A stretch of DNA of 63,413 bases, the filler included, from Saprolegnia diclina VS20 (lineage: Eukaryota), in assembly GCF_000281045.1 (NCBI RefSeq). It is 7 parts of 3 records of this genome, joined end to end, with 100 filler letters (N's around TTAATTAATTAA, not from the genome) between each part and the next. Parts side by side here need not be neighbours in the genome. Positions count along the whole stretch, not along the records: positions 61,971 to 63,413 come from NW_008246173.1; 6 more parts are not named here. The stretch is one strand, 5' to 3'. Positions 63,283 through 63,413 of this stretch are shown here, piece by piece. Under the pieces are notes generated by a model that made no database searches, was not told where the DNA came from, and was given only the letters and a program-made list of their open reading frames with translations. Both the position numbers and the translations under genes were made by a program. Every line of letters starts with the position of its first letter. Positions within the stretch are counted from its first letter, which is position 1.

Positions 63283-63413
63283 ATGAAGAAGACGTTCATC
63301 AGTCTCGTGCTGCTGCTGCTAAGCGTACACGCGCGCTTCGACCCAACGACTCTCACGCCGTGCGAAGCCTGCGCCTTGGACGGCAACTGCTCGACTGCGT
63401 ACCACGACCTCCC
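63283..63413 (+). CDS. 3'-partial Cys-rich membrane protein, paralogue 3
   Basis: MKKTFISLVLLLLSVHA signal, then CEACALDGNCSTAY matching paralogue 2. Not in the supplied ORF track. Confidence 0.65.
   Translation, partial: MKKTFISLVLLLLSVHARFDPTTLTPCEACALDGNCSTAYHDL

Overview
Eukaryotic draft-assembly sequence, most likely an oomycete of the Saprolegniales type. That is inferred from ~40-50 bp GT-AG introns, GC3-rich codons, oomycete Inr/FPR core promoters and the gene families present. The window is not one locus: six artificial 100-bp linkers (N44-TTAATTAATTAA-N44) join seven sequence pieces, and there are further internal N gaps. Genes: ankyrin/TRP-like channel; tandem purple acid phosphatases; a GH11 xylanase end fused to a GH62 arabinofuranosidase; tandem folate-biopterin transporters; two bZIP-like paralogues; CaMK kinase; C69 peptidase; LURP-like protein; a P450 with mitochondrial-clan signatures; a secreted bacterial-type solute-binding protein; an elicitin-like protein; a compact housekeeping block (mitoribosomal S18, PTPA, unknown gene, CDC50); a phage-fibre-like repeat protein; and three Cys-rich membrane-protein paralogues. 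About 38-55 kb is transposon debris: a hAT element inserted in a tRNA-derived SINE-like head, RTE/L1 LINE fragments, a Helitron end and a second hAT relic. Best leads: the GH11-GH62 fusion, the mitochondrial-type P450 and the fibre-like protein. All family calls come from reading motifs by eye; no database search was run.
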